A stretch of 64,000 nt of DNA, from the NCBI GenBank assembly GCA_030704615.1, contig CM060734.1, positions 51,646,001 through 51,710,000 on the forward strand, given 5' to 3'. Within the stretch, counting starts at the first letter, position 1. Each line of letters starts with the position of its first letter. A model generated the notes under the pieces. It did not search any database, had not been told where the DNA came from, and saw nothing but the letters and a program-made list of their open reading frames with translations. Positions 49,980-61,560 of this stretch are shown here, piece by piece. The position numbers were made by a program, and so were the translations under genes. This stretch comes from Takakia lepidozioides. Lineage: Eukaryota; Plantae; Bryophyta.

Positions 49980-52568
49980 ATGATGCAAGGTCGAGCAAAA
50001 TCTGGTGATGGAGTCTTCAAGACCTCTTGTAGTAACATGAGGCCATTATGTAAGGAAGAAAAGCTGAAAGAGGTGGTGCAAATTTTGACCAAGCATGGCG
50101 TCATGGTAGACTCCAATATGTATCGTGACTCCAATACGTATGTCTGCCTCTTGCAGGAGTGCATAAAGAGCAAAAACCTTGAGATGGGAAAGCAGGTGCA
50201 CACCCACATTATCCAAAATGGATTCAAGCCAAGTATCCTTCTGTTGAACACCCTTGTCAATATGTATGCCAAGTGCCAAAGCTTGGTCGATGCACGCCTA
50301 GTATTTGACCAAATGCCTAAACGAGATGTGTTTACGTGGACCACCATGATGACAGGATATGTGAGGCATGGGTGCAGTAGGGAGGCTTTGGACCTTTATC
50401 AGCAGATGATATCAAGAGGATTGATGCCCAACAAAGTCACCTTCATTTGCATGCTGAAGGCGTGTGCCAAGGTAGGAGCTCTGGCACAGGGTAAGGAGTT
50501 ACATGCTGACATCCTCAAAGCTGGAAGTGCACCAGATCCCATTCTGGATACTGCCCTCGCTGCTATGTATGCCAAATGTGGGAGCATGAAGGATGCACGT
50601 CAAGTCTTTGACAATATGGCTGAACGTAATGTGGACTCCTGGAGTGTGATGATCACAGGATATGTGCAACATGGGTGTGGGAGGGAGGCATTTGAAATCT
50701 ATGACCAAATGGTACGGGAAGCCGTAACACCCAACATTGTCACATTCATTCTTCTTCTCAAGGCCTGTGCTTGCCTGGTAGCCCCAGAAAAGGGCAAAGC
50801 GGTTCATGCTGACATCATCAAAGCTAAAATTCCACCTGATATCATCCTGGAGACTGCCCTGGTCAACATGTATGCCAAATGTGGGAGCATAAATGATGCA
50901 CGCCAAGTGTTTGATAAAATGGCTGAACGAAATGTGGTCTCATGGAGTGCAATGATAGCAGGATATGTGCAGCATGGGTGTGCTAAGGAGGCTCTCAAGA
51001 TCTATGAGCAAATGCTACAGGAAGTGGTAATGCCTGACAAAGTCTTGTTCAGTTGTGTTCTGAAGGCATGTGCTAACATAGCAGTTCTGGAAAAGGGCAA
51101 AGAGGTTCATGCACAAATCATCAAAGCTGGAATTGTGCCAGATACCATTCTGGGGAATTCCCTTGTTGACATGTATGCCAAGTGTGGGAGTATGAAGGAT
51201 GCCCAGAGTGTATTCAACAACATGGCTAAACGGGATGTTGTGTCATGGAATGCAATGATAGCAGGATATGGTCAGCACGGTTGTGCTAGGGAGGCCCTCC
51301 AACTATTTGAACAAATGCAACAGGAAGGCTTTAAGCCAAACATGGTCTCATGGAGTACAATGATTGCACGCTATGCTCAGCATGGCTGTGGTAAGGAGGC
51401 TTTGGAAATGTATGAGCAAATGATACGGGAAGGGGTGATGCCTGACAACATTGTGTTCACTTGCGTTCTCAATGCATGTGCCAGCCTAGCAGTGCTGAAA
51501 AGGGGCCGAAAGGTCCATGGTGACATCATCAGAGCTGGAATTGTTCAAGATGTCATATTGGAGACTGCGCTTGTTGACATGTATGCCAAATGTGGGAGCG
51601 TGAAGGATGGCCGTCAAGTGTTTGATAGAATTGTTGGACGAAATGTGGCCTCCTGGAGTGCAATGATTGCAGGGTACGGTCAGCATGGGTATGGTAGGAA
51701 GGCCATCCAACTCTTTGAACAAATGCAACAAGAAGGCTTGAAACCAGACAGTGTCATCTTTATATGTGTTCTCTCTGCATGTAACCACGTGGGCTTAGTG
51801 GAGGAATGCTGTCACTACTTTGAGTCCATGAGTCAAGATCATGGTCTTACTCCTACAGCGGAGCATTTTACCTGCATGGTGGATGTTCTCAGCCGTGCAG
51901 GGCGATTCCATGAGGCAGAGGACTTGATTAACAAACTGCCAATCAAGCCAGATGCTGCGGTGTGGGTGGTCTTGCTCGGTGCCTGCAGAATTCATGGCAA
52001 TTTGGAGGTAGCAGAACATGCAGCAAAATGCCTTCTCAAGTTGGATCCAAAGAAATCTGCAACTTATGTTCTGCTATCAAACATCTATGCCGCGGCTGGC
52101 AGGTGGGATGATACAGCAAAGGTGAGAAACATGATGCAGAACAAAGGTGTCAAAAAGGAACCAGGGCACAGCTGGATTGAGGTGGACAACCAGGTGCATA
52201 CTTTCACTGTAGGAGACAAGTTGCATCCACAAATTGACAAAATCCATACTGAGTTAAAGACATTGTCTAGGCAGATGAAGGAGGCTGGGTACGTGCCTGA
52301 CACGCGCTTTGTATTGCATCATGTGGGGGAGGAGCAAAAGCAGTTTTCTCTTTGCCACCACAGGGAGAAGCTGGCCATTGCCTTCGGGCTGATCAGCACA
52401 CCCTCTGGGACACCTATCCATGTCATCAAGAACCTTCGGGTGTGTGGTGATTGCCACACAGCCACCAAGTACATCTCAAAAATTGTTGGGCGAGCAATTG
52501 TTGTACGGGATGCGACCCGCTTTCACCACTTTGAAGATGGGTTTTGTTCTTGTGGGGATTACTGGTGA
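49980..52568 (+). CDS. PLS-class PPR-E1-E2-DYW protein (18 clear PLS repeats), organellar C-to-U editing factor
   Basis: Single long ORF with PGHSWIEV, HREKLA, CGDCH and terminal DYW. A targeting-peptide exon upstream is possible. Confidence 0.95.
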   Translation: MMQGRAKSGDGVFKTSCSNMRPLCKEEKLKEVVQILTKHGVMVDSNMYRDSNTYVCLLQECIKSKNLEMGKQVHTHIIQNGFKPSILLLNTLVNMYAKCQSLVDARLVFDQMPKRDVFTWTTMMTGYVRHGCSREALDLYQQMISRGLMPNKVTFICMLKACAKVGALAQGKELHADILKAGSAPDPILDTALAAMYAKCGSMKDARQVFDNMAERNVDSWSVMITGYVQHGCGREAFEIYDQMVREAVTPNIVTFILLLKACACLVAPEKGKAVHADIIKAKIPPDIILETALVNMYAKCGSINDARQVFDKMAERNVVSWSAMIAGYVQHGCAKEALKIYEQMLQEVVMPDKVLFSCVLKACANIAVLEKGKEVHAQIIKAGIVPDTILGNSLVDMYAKCGSMKDAQSVFNNMAKRDVVSWNAMIAGYGQHGCAREALQLFEQMQQEGFKPNMVSWSTMIARYAQHGCGKEALEMYEQMIREGVMPDNIVFTCVLNACASLAVLKRGRKVHGDIIRAGIVQDVILETALVDMYAKCGSVKDGRQVFDRIVGRNVASWSAMIAGYGQHGYGRKAIQLFEQMQQEGLKPDSVIFICVLSACNHVGLVEECCHYFESMSQDHGLTPTAEHFTCMVDVLSRAGRFHEAEDLINKLPIKPDAAVWVVLLGACRIHGNLEVAEHAAKCLLKLDPKKSATYVLLSNIYAAAGRWDDTAKVRNMMQNKGVKKEPGHSWIEVDNQVHTFTVGDKLHPQIDKIHTELKTLSRQMKEAGYVPDTRFVLHHVGEEQKQFSLCHHREKLAIAFGLISTPSGTPIHVIKNLRVCGDCHTATKYISKIVGRAIVVRDATRFHHFEDGFCSCGDYW

Positions 52569-53409
52569 AACAAGTAACGTGCATGAAAGAAGGGGACATT
52601 CTCATTTTCGTAGGCAAAGAGAAGATTTGGAAGAAAACAATTTCTGTCATTCCATGCGACAGTCCTTACTGCTGTCAAACTATGAGCATAGAATGGCAAT
52701 GGCGGGCATTCTTCACAGACCCTTGACAGTGGTAGGACAAGAGGTTTGATAAGGTGAGGGGATGTTGGAGCTTGTGACTGAATCTGGCAGGAACTGGATG
52801 CATCGCTAGTGGTTGACACTAATTACACATTTGGCCTTCCCAGTGAAAAGCAAAGGCAAATTGGAGTGTTGGTATCAGGAAATTGTCCTTGTTAGCTGAC
52901 AGAATGTGGGTTATTCAAACTGCTCCCGCTAATTTTGAGAGAGGCTTGAAGCTTTGGAGGTTGTAACTTTGTAGCCCATTCAATGTGAGGCTGTGGTTCA
53001 ACTTATCGCTGCTCAGCTACCCTCTGGTGGTTTTCCCAGAAAACTCGAAGATCAGCACACTTCAGACAAGCACACAAGGAGGCCCTTTGGATTGAAGGTT
53101 GGTCAAACCCTGCTTGGGTGAAACAAGAACTATCTGCAATGATACAAGGTCGGACACAATCTGTTGATGGGTCTAATGTACACCTTGAAGCTCCAGGCCA
53201 AGAATCAAACAGGTATGGTTTGATGATGATTCAAGAGCTCTAACTCAAGAGATGGTATACGTATAGTCAAGTCCCATAGTACGTGACTGCAGTAGTCTTT
53301 TTATCTTGGATATGCAGCAAGGAGCCTGTCTTTGTGAAAGGGTCCTTTACAGTATTGAGGAGACTGCAGTGGAAAGAAGAGCAAGAAAGCGAGTCAACAC
53401 GAGCTCTTC

Positions 53410-54334
53410 TGACATTGTGGGTACATAGGACACTATATAAGACAGGAGAACTGAAAGAGGCCCTGCACAGTTTGAGCCAAAAAGGCATTTTGGCACACTC
53501 CAAACTCATGCCTGTCTCTTGCAGGAGTGTGTCAAAACTAAAGACTTAGCTGCTGGAAAGAAAGTGCATGCCCATTTAATCTAAGGTGGTTTCAATCCAA
53601 ACATCTATCTACTGAACATCCTTGGCAACAGGTATGCCAAGAGCGGCAGTATTGGTGGATGCCCACCAACTGTTTGACAGAATGCCTGCATGAGATAAAT
53701 TTACATGGAATATAATGATAGCAGGATATGTCAATCATGGTGGGGTGAGGAGGCTAAGATGATGCAACGGAAGAAGGTTACATTCAGTTGCATTCTCTTT
53801 TTTTGTGCCAGCCTAGGAGCCCTTGTAAAAGGTGAGGAGGTACATGCTAATATTTTTAAAGTTGGAATTGTGCCAGATACATTCTTGCAATACGCTTCTT
53901 GACATGTATGCCAAATGCAGGAGAATAAAGGATGCACATAGAGTGTTTGACAATATGGGGAAGCGAAATGTGGTATCTAGACGACAAAGTGCATCCACAC
54001 ATTGAGGAAATTCATACTGAGCTGAAGAGATTCTGGGCTGATGAAGAAGGCTGGTATGCGCCTGACACGCGTTTTGTATGACATGATGTGGAGGATGAGC
54101 AAAAGCAATTTGCTCTATGCCATCCCAGTGAGAAGCTGGCCATTGCGTGTCGGCTGATCAGCACGCCCACTGGGACAGCTCTATTTGTGATCAAGAACCT
54201 TGGGTGCATGTGGTGACTGCCACATGGCCACCAAGTTCATTTCGAAGATTGTGCAGCGAGCATTTGTTGTACACAATGCCAATCGCTTCCATCCCTTTAA
54301 AGATGGGGTTTGTTCTTGTGTGGATTACTGGTGA
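53410..54334 (+). pseudogene. PPR-DYW pseudogene with a large internal deletion
   Basis: LYKTGELKEALHSL and decayed L-S-P-L-S repeats, then a jump at about 53980 directly to DKVHPHIEEIHTEL...HPSEKLAIA...GDCH...CSCVDYW-stop. Multiple stops and frameshifts. Confidence 0.92.
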
Positions 54335-55314
54335 AGCAAGCAACATACACCAAACAAAGTATGTTGTTGGGCTGGAAGTCACCACAGCTCCTTCCGTCTC
54401 TAAGTGAAGAGTGAAATTGAAAGAGAGAATTTGCAGAATTGAATCTGACAGTCAGGAGTGCACAGTCTGTGGAGTTTAACATGGTAATCATCACAAAATA
54501 AGTAAAGAACAGCAGCTGTGAATTCGTGAAAAACCTTACTATTAAGGATTTTACAGCAGATTTTGCACAGGACTGGTGAGTCAAGTGATGAAGGTTTAGA
54601 GTTATGCAATCAAAATCCACACTGGAGGATGCCTTATATGTGACTCATTCTTCTGGTGTGGGTAGGGAATCACCGGTGTTTTGACATATTAAGACTTCCT
54701 CCTGCATGCCACAAGAGTTGGAATAGCTTCAAATGGATTATTCTCAGTCGTTTGCCACAAAAACAGCTTTGAGAGTTGTTAGTCGTTCAACTCATTGAAG
54801 AGCTCTTCGCCTTTCACAAGTCATCTTGCTTAAATGAAGTCTGAAGCAGTTTCTGGTTGCATTGAAGGTAGTGCAGCTGCTCCTATGTGACAAGACCGAG
54901 AATCAGTCTTAGACAACACATGAGCGATTAGCCTCTAAGTGCCCAAAGAACATACGAACATACCTAGTCAAAATGTTTTGGCCTCTCTCACAGAATTACT
55001 ACGATGTGGGTTGCTTCTACATGTCTGCACAATTGTACAATTTCATGCTGAGTGTGCCCATGGCCGAAAATATACCTGCTGCTGCAAGATGAACAATATT
55101 ACTATAGGAGTATATCTCGATCTGAGAAGCTTAAACTAAACCCTCATGCGTTCTAGTGCGATTCGTGTGTGCAAGTGATCGTGGGTTCGTCTTGGATGCC
55201 CCCTGCAAGGGTACAGCTTCTCTGCAGGGTCAGCTCCAATGTGCTCTCGAGTCTCCACCCATGATATGCTAACATGCACGGTCTTGACCTTTTCCAGCAT
55301 TCTTTAATGCAACC

Positions 55315-58300
55315 ATGTCCATGAAGGAGAGGCTAAGAAAGGCGGTGATGCTGATAGCAGCAACACAGGACAAGCACATAGCCAGGCTGCCATTGTTGGA
55401 GCGATCCTTGGTGCCTCTGCTCACGCTGGCCAGCTCTTTCTACAAGTACGGAGTCTTTATCCGTCGTCTGCTCTACCAATTCCACATTCTGCGTGAGACC
55501 AGGTGACTTGTCACATACCCTCGCCGATATAGCGGTTGATTGATCGTGGCGGAGAAGGTTCACTTGTTGGATTCTTTGACTAGGAGAATAGTTTCTCATA
55601 CTTGAACTGAACACAATCTGGCATTGGTAAGACCGAGATAAATGTACGACCATTACATATCAGTTGCACTGTATTCTGGACCTCTATGGTTGGTATGTTC
55701 GCCTCGGCCCTCAAAGCGGTTTCTAGCAGCAAAGTCCCCGCATGAACTTGAAGAGTTTCCATACGGAAAAGTGCACTTGACTTGCAGTGTCACGGTGACT
55801 TTAGCAAGATGCATACCACCCAACCCCTTTTCTCTCTCTGTCTTTTGACACCCACTTTGCAGTTTTTCCATTGCTTGACATTTTTAATATATGTAGTGAA
55901 GAATGTGCACGGTTTGCTTGGAGGGGTCAGACTGCCGGTCCCTGTAGTCAGTGTGGGGAACATAACATGGGGTGGGACTGGAAAGACACCCATGGTGGAG
56001 TATCTGGCCCGCCTCTTTCTCAGCACTCAACTCTGTCCCCTAATACTCACAAGGGTGAGCTGCACTGCAATGCCCTAACAGTTTGCAATCTTGTCATCTT
56101 GGGTGGCGCACAGCAATTGTAACTGATAGGGATACATGCATCCTTCTTTATTTCATTGCTCTCTCTTCCTCTGCCTTACTTCCCTTCCTAGTGTGCTCTA
56201 ATGTTTCGTGTTGAACGGGCTGCAAGGTTGTCTGTGTTTGTGCCACCCCCAGTTCATCAATGGGGAGTTGTTATGCAGAAATTTGTGCATTTATCTCAAG
56301 TGAAACTGGGGAGTGTGCAGGGGTATGGAGGAGGGGATGAAGTGCGATTGCTTCAAAAGCACCTGGAAGGGACTGCAGCCAAACTTGGTGTGGGTCCCAA
56401 TCGAGTGAAACTCGCAATGTCCATATTGCAGCACCATTCCAAAGGAGAATTGCAGGAGATAGGCGTGTTGATCCTGGATGATGGTATGCAGGTCAGTCTC
56501 CTCTTCCCTTGTGACTTTTGAGCTCTTTGTAGGCTGCTCAAGTGCCTATTGCTGGCCCTAGTACTCTTATGATGAGAGGAAAGAAACTCTGATAGTGCAG
56601 ATCCTAATTCTAACTCACGTGCTTCAGCATCCTCAGATATAGGGATAATTTGATTATTGTTGCCCTTGAACATCTCCCCCATAATCCCTAGGCTCCTCCT
56701 TTTGAGAGATGTCATACCAAGGCTAACGTGAGCATTTCCGATAAGGTGGCAGTAATAAGATTGGACTAGATGTGGGATCATTTGAGGGATTGTCTTGGTG
56801 GCATGAACTAGTGGCTGCCCAAAAGCTGGATAGTCTGGCTTTAATCTAGGTCCTGTACCAGTAATGTGCAAGCAGGTTATCTGGGGAGGTTGAACTGGGG
56901 GTACATGCAGGTGGGGAGATGCTTTGTGGTATAATTGGTGGTGCTGTGTCGATTGCCAACACACAAAACACTAGGACAAACCATTGAGTACAAACAGTTA
57001 CTTTGACAATATATGTCCTTCTGATTTAAACTTTCAAATAACTTTTGCAGCATTGGGCCATGGCAAGAGATGTAGAGATTGTGATGCTGAATGTGGTAGC
57101 ATTATGGGGAAATGGGAGAATGGTGCCGCGTGGACCTCTCAGAGAGTCCTTGCAAGCTTTCAAACAAGCACAGGTGGTGGTTCTCCACCACATAGATTTG
57201 GTAAGCTTTTGTTGTCTTGATGGAATGTTGAGACAGAAAAACTTGCAGATACAGAGTGAGAGCCTGTCTTGTTATGAAGGTGCTGTAGACAATTCTTCAC
57301 ATAATGTAACTGAATAATGCAACTTGGTTGTGGACTTGGAGCAGGTGCCAGAGGACAGGGTAAAGAGTGTGAGAGGCATACTTGATAAAGTGCTGAGGTC
57401 AGGGTCAATTGTCATCGGAAGTTGCATGCGACCCTGCTGTTTTCACAAGGTGCCAGCCATGGGTTCATTGGCAGAGAGCGACTTGATAGTGCCACTTGAA
57501 GTGGTTCAAAATGCTGTGGTGCTGTGTGTCTCTGGAATTGGGTGTCCCGAGTCCCTTGCTTTAGTTCTTCAGCAGGTCGGTTGCTCTGAGCTGGAGCTGG
57601 ATTGTGGTTCTTGCATGTCATTAGACGATAGTGACTGCAGTCTTTGGTGAGCAGGCTATGCACAGTTCTGACTTAAGGAAAGATGTGGTGAGAGTGAGCA
57701 AGACTCTTCGGAAGAGAGCAAGAATATGCTCATGGACCTTTCTCGGACAAGTAGGCTATGCCATACACTCCAGGACATAGTCTCAGGGTTGCCTAGCTAG
57801 TAGTCAGGCTCCAACCAACTGGGCTACGGAACTCTCCCCCTAGTTGCTGTAGCTCTTGTGCAGATCGAACGGTATCTACATTAGTTCTCTACCTTACTAC
57901 CAGTTGCTCTATCAGTAAGATAATAGTGTGAAAAGAACTGAGAGTGGGTGAGGTGCTTTAGCAAGCGACTCAGCTTGGAGGTGAACGTCCATTTGGGTAA
58001 TGTAGCCTATGTCTACGTTCCCTTCTTTGCCGATTTGTTCTAGCTTCCCAGGTTTTTGGTCTATTTTAACAACATGTTATGTTCACACAGCTGGGCTGGT
58101 TTGATTTGAATGTGTGTGGGTTGCAGGCAGGTGCATTGCATGTGGAGCGCTTGGAATTCGGCGACCACCATAGCTTTGATGTCAAGGTTTGGCTTGAACC
58201 AAAGTTCTCTTGTTAGTGCACATACCGTGCTCTATGTGCATGCTTTGGGCCTTTGGTAAACATATGTGGCAGAACGGGCCAGAGATGCTGTCTCTGTGGA

Positions 58301-59434
58301 GACACTGGCAGTTGATATGCCTAGATGCAGAGACAAAGCTACTTGACTGCGAAGGTCCCAGTGCAAAAGCATAAAGAGGATCTCCAGTTTCGAGGTACAC
58401 ATCAAGTCAATGTCCACATTAGCGCATTTCCTTCTTATAAGTAGGTTGGAGTTGTAAGGTTGGTGGAAGGAAGCCACATATCAGACAATTGGTTGTAATT
58501 TTTTGTAAAGAAGAGGGACAGATGTGTGATGTGGTTTATTGCTTAATGAGTGCAGGATCTGGACAAGATACAAAGCATACTGCTGCAGCTACAGCTTAGG
58601 TTCCGGGAGCACATGGTACTGCTTGTTCTAAGTGAGAAGGTAAGTTAGCTTTATGTATGCAGTGATCAAGACTTACATGTAAGGACGGTTTTTGAGGGAA
58701 TGGGTTTTGAGTGTTCTCTGAAGCCCCCTCTTTTTGGCTGTTTTGAAGGAACATGTTTCCTTCGTAAGATCGGCACTACCTATTGTCAACACAGTTAGCC
58801 TCATATATGTCATGTCCTTAAAGATCACTATGCAGGCAGCACACTCTTTATCTCCTGTCTACTTACTGTTCATTGACCTTGTCAATCGGCTCTACCAGTT
58901 GTATAGCCTCCTATTCCTGTTTTCGTGTTTTCGTGTCAATATGATATTGATAGAATCCTTTCATAAGGAAATTGTTCTTTCATTTCGTGTCATACAATTT
59001 GGCACATATCAGAATATTCTGGGGGACAGCAGTATGTAACCATGTCTGAGAAGCCTTAAACCTTTGTCATGCTGGAAATTAAGAAGCAAGCCTTACCTCC
59101 AACAGACTGGCTAAGACTGCTCCTGAACAGTCAGCTAAGGCTTTCCTGCCTGCGTGTTTATCCCCAAGTAATGGAAATGAAGACTTGTGTGGCTGACATT
59201 GACTTGGGGTTGTATTTGGCAAAGGACTATGCTCGGGATCCAGCCATGATAGCACAGCTGGCAGGGGCTGGTCCTCTGGTTCTTCATTCACAGCTGGAGA
59301 TTGTAAGTGGCTATGGCGACGAACATGCCTTTGGTGACCTGCTGGCCAGTGTTGCAGGTCATCGTGATTGTCCTTTTCCCAGGCTGGGGATGCCCAAAGA
59401 TGAGTGCTCAGGCTTGAAGGCTCTTTGTTGTTGA
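55315..59434 (+). CDS. LPXK: Tetraacyldisaccharide (lipid A) 4'-kinase, 8 exons, 405 aa
   Basis: GT-AG exons 55315-55502, 55931-56054, 56321-56491, 57051-57200, 57345-57575, 58127-58186, 58556-58639 and 59225-59434 join in frame. Motifs [47 protein letters not shown]. Confidence 0.95.
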
Positions 59435-60599
59435 TTCTGCTATTGACCTGTCATAAATATGGGTCCTATGGGTCCAATGTGTTGAGTGCCCCACGTGAGG
59501 TATTGCTAACCACACTAAGACATTGCTAACCACACTAAGACAGTCGTTGAACTCAAATGGTGAGAAACAGACATTGTCCGGCGATGAAGGTTCAGGTTTA
59601 CTCCTATCATCTGATTGTCATCAAATGAAATGGATGTTGCTCATATGTTATCGTGGGCGGAGGGTGCAGCCATTCATTTCACAACAGGCTCTTTTCTGCA
59701 ATGATATTTGCGCTTTCTTCTTTTGAATCGTATTGGGGACTGCTTTACTGTCTGTAACCCCGGCTACTGCTGTAGGCAGGGGGCAGGGCCTTAGGCAGAA
59801 GTTTCCTAGAAACTTTTGATAGGAATCTGTGGGTGTTTTGCTCTTGAAAATTAGAACAATCTCATTCATGGCATGGACTTTTAAGCCTGGCACTTGTGTC
59901 CCCATAACTTTCCCTATGTTCACTGAAGGCAATCGGACCCTTCTGAGGGGAGGGTAGAGACTGGTTTACTCTGCCCCCATTGGCTTCTGGCACTCCAGAA
60001 GAAGCAAAATGTATTTGAAAACCGAACTTGAGTAAAACCTTCGTTTGTCAGATTCTCTTGGCAAGTCTCTGGTGAAAAATCTCATCCATGCCATGCTGCA
60101 TGCTTCTTCTGAAGACCTGCTGCCATGCAGGCCATACTGGCTGAAATTACAGACCCTGGACCGCCCATTGCATCGAGGATTGCATCGTGTGTGGGACCCT
60201 GAATCTGCCTATGATAATGTATGAGGAGGGTTTACATCATGCGGCTCCTCTCCACCCAACAGAAGAGTGGGCACCCACTGTGTGCGCTAAACCTACACAA
60301 GACCAAGACATCTTGGCCCACTATCTGTAAAGAAAAATGGGTGCTTGTCACGCAGGGCATGTGAAACCCTCCAACCACTGTTTCCTGCGCAGCACCCTGA
60401 AATCTATATAGTTCAATCAAGGTGGACGGAGCAGGAGCAAGGCTCATAGCCACGCCTATTGGGACCTGCCGTTTGCAGTCCTCAGCACAGGAATGATCTA
60501 TGGCATTTGCAAAGTCCTCATGCCTGCTGCCACTCTACACATCTGTCTTTCTTGCTCACTGAAAGCTTGTATGCATGACGTTGACATAGCCCGAAATTC

Positions 60600-61560
60600 T
60601 GGGTAACTTCAGTACTTATGTCTGAATCTTTTGCAGGCCTCGCAGAAGGCCATTGAAAGGTCACACATTACAAGAAGGGCTGATTAAAAGGGTATCCATG
60701 GAACCATCCTTCATGTCCTAATGTTTTGAAAGGGGGATTCCATCTTTGGCCGGTTCCTTTCGGTGGCAATTGGGAGTGACTTTGGAACCAGCCCTTAGAT
60801 TACACCACACATTTTCAGGGGATGCCAGGCACATCCACTGAATTTGAAGCAAGTGGACTTGGGAATCTATAAGGCTAGTGGAGGATACATCATCACTGGC
60901 ATGCTTCAACTGTGGCAAAATGGGCCACATCAAAGCACACTGCAAGGAAGCTAAAAGGAAGAGAGTGGGGTGTAGAGCTCATCCTTCCTACCCTGCACCC
61001 GCCCTCCACCCTCCGGACAACACCCCTAGGGAGAGGCACACCTCTGCTCCATCAGCAGGTGCACTGGTCGCTCCAGCTGACCCAAAGGATTTGCTACAAA
61101 TCAGTAGTCCAGGTGCGCAACACATTAGCCCTTCACTTCCAGTCCCTAAAAAACTCAGAGACCTGGGGGAGCCAATGACATTGGAGTCTGCACACAACAA
61201 AGCAACATGGGAAATCAAAGGAAAATGGATACCTCAGAACCTCAACTCTATGGCAAATATGGAAGGTTAGATGTGCATGGACACTGTTGGGAACTACATG
61301 CACCCTGTCTACCTTATTGTCCAGAGTCTTCTGGGACATGCAGATTGAGGGGAGGAAGGCTTGGGCCAAAATGTGTGCAGATGTCCAGCGCAGATCACAA
61401 CAAGCAGCAGCCATCCATGACAAGTTCGCAAGTTCCTGGGCAAGAAACGGTCTTCTCTGCGTAAGCTCGTCACCATCCGACTGCACCTGGACAGCACTCC
61501 CACCAGTCCGATGGAGAGATCTCAACACGCCCCTCCATGGCGGCGTCCCCAGAGTTTGAC
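60600..61560 (+). mobile_element. Retroelement gag/ORF1 remnant with a CCHC zinc knuckle
   Basis: CFNCGKMGHIKAHC at 60902-60943 within broken reading frames. Confidence 0.55.

Noticed and set aside
27874-52568. U-to-C (DYW:KP-type) editing factors
   Set aside because: Both intact proteins have PG boxes, HSE or HRE and a DYW terminus, rather than the HAE motif and variant termini of the KP clade.
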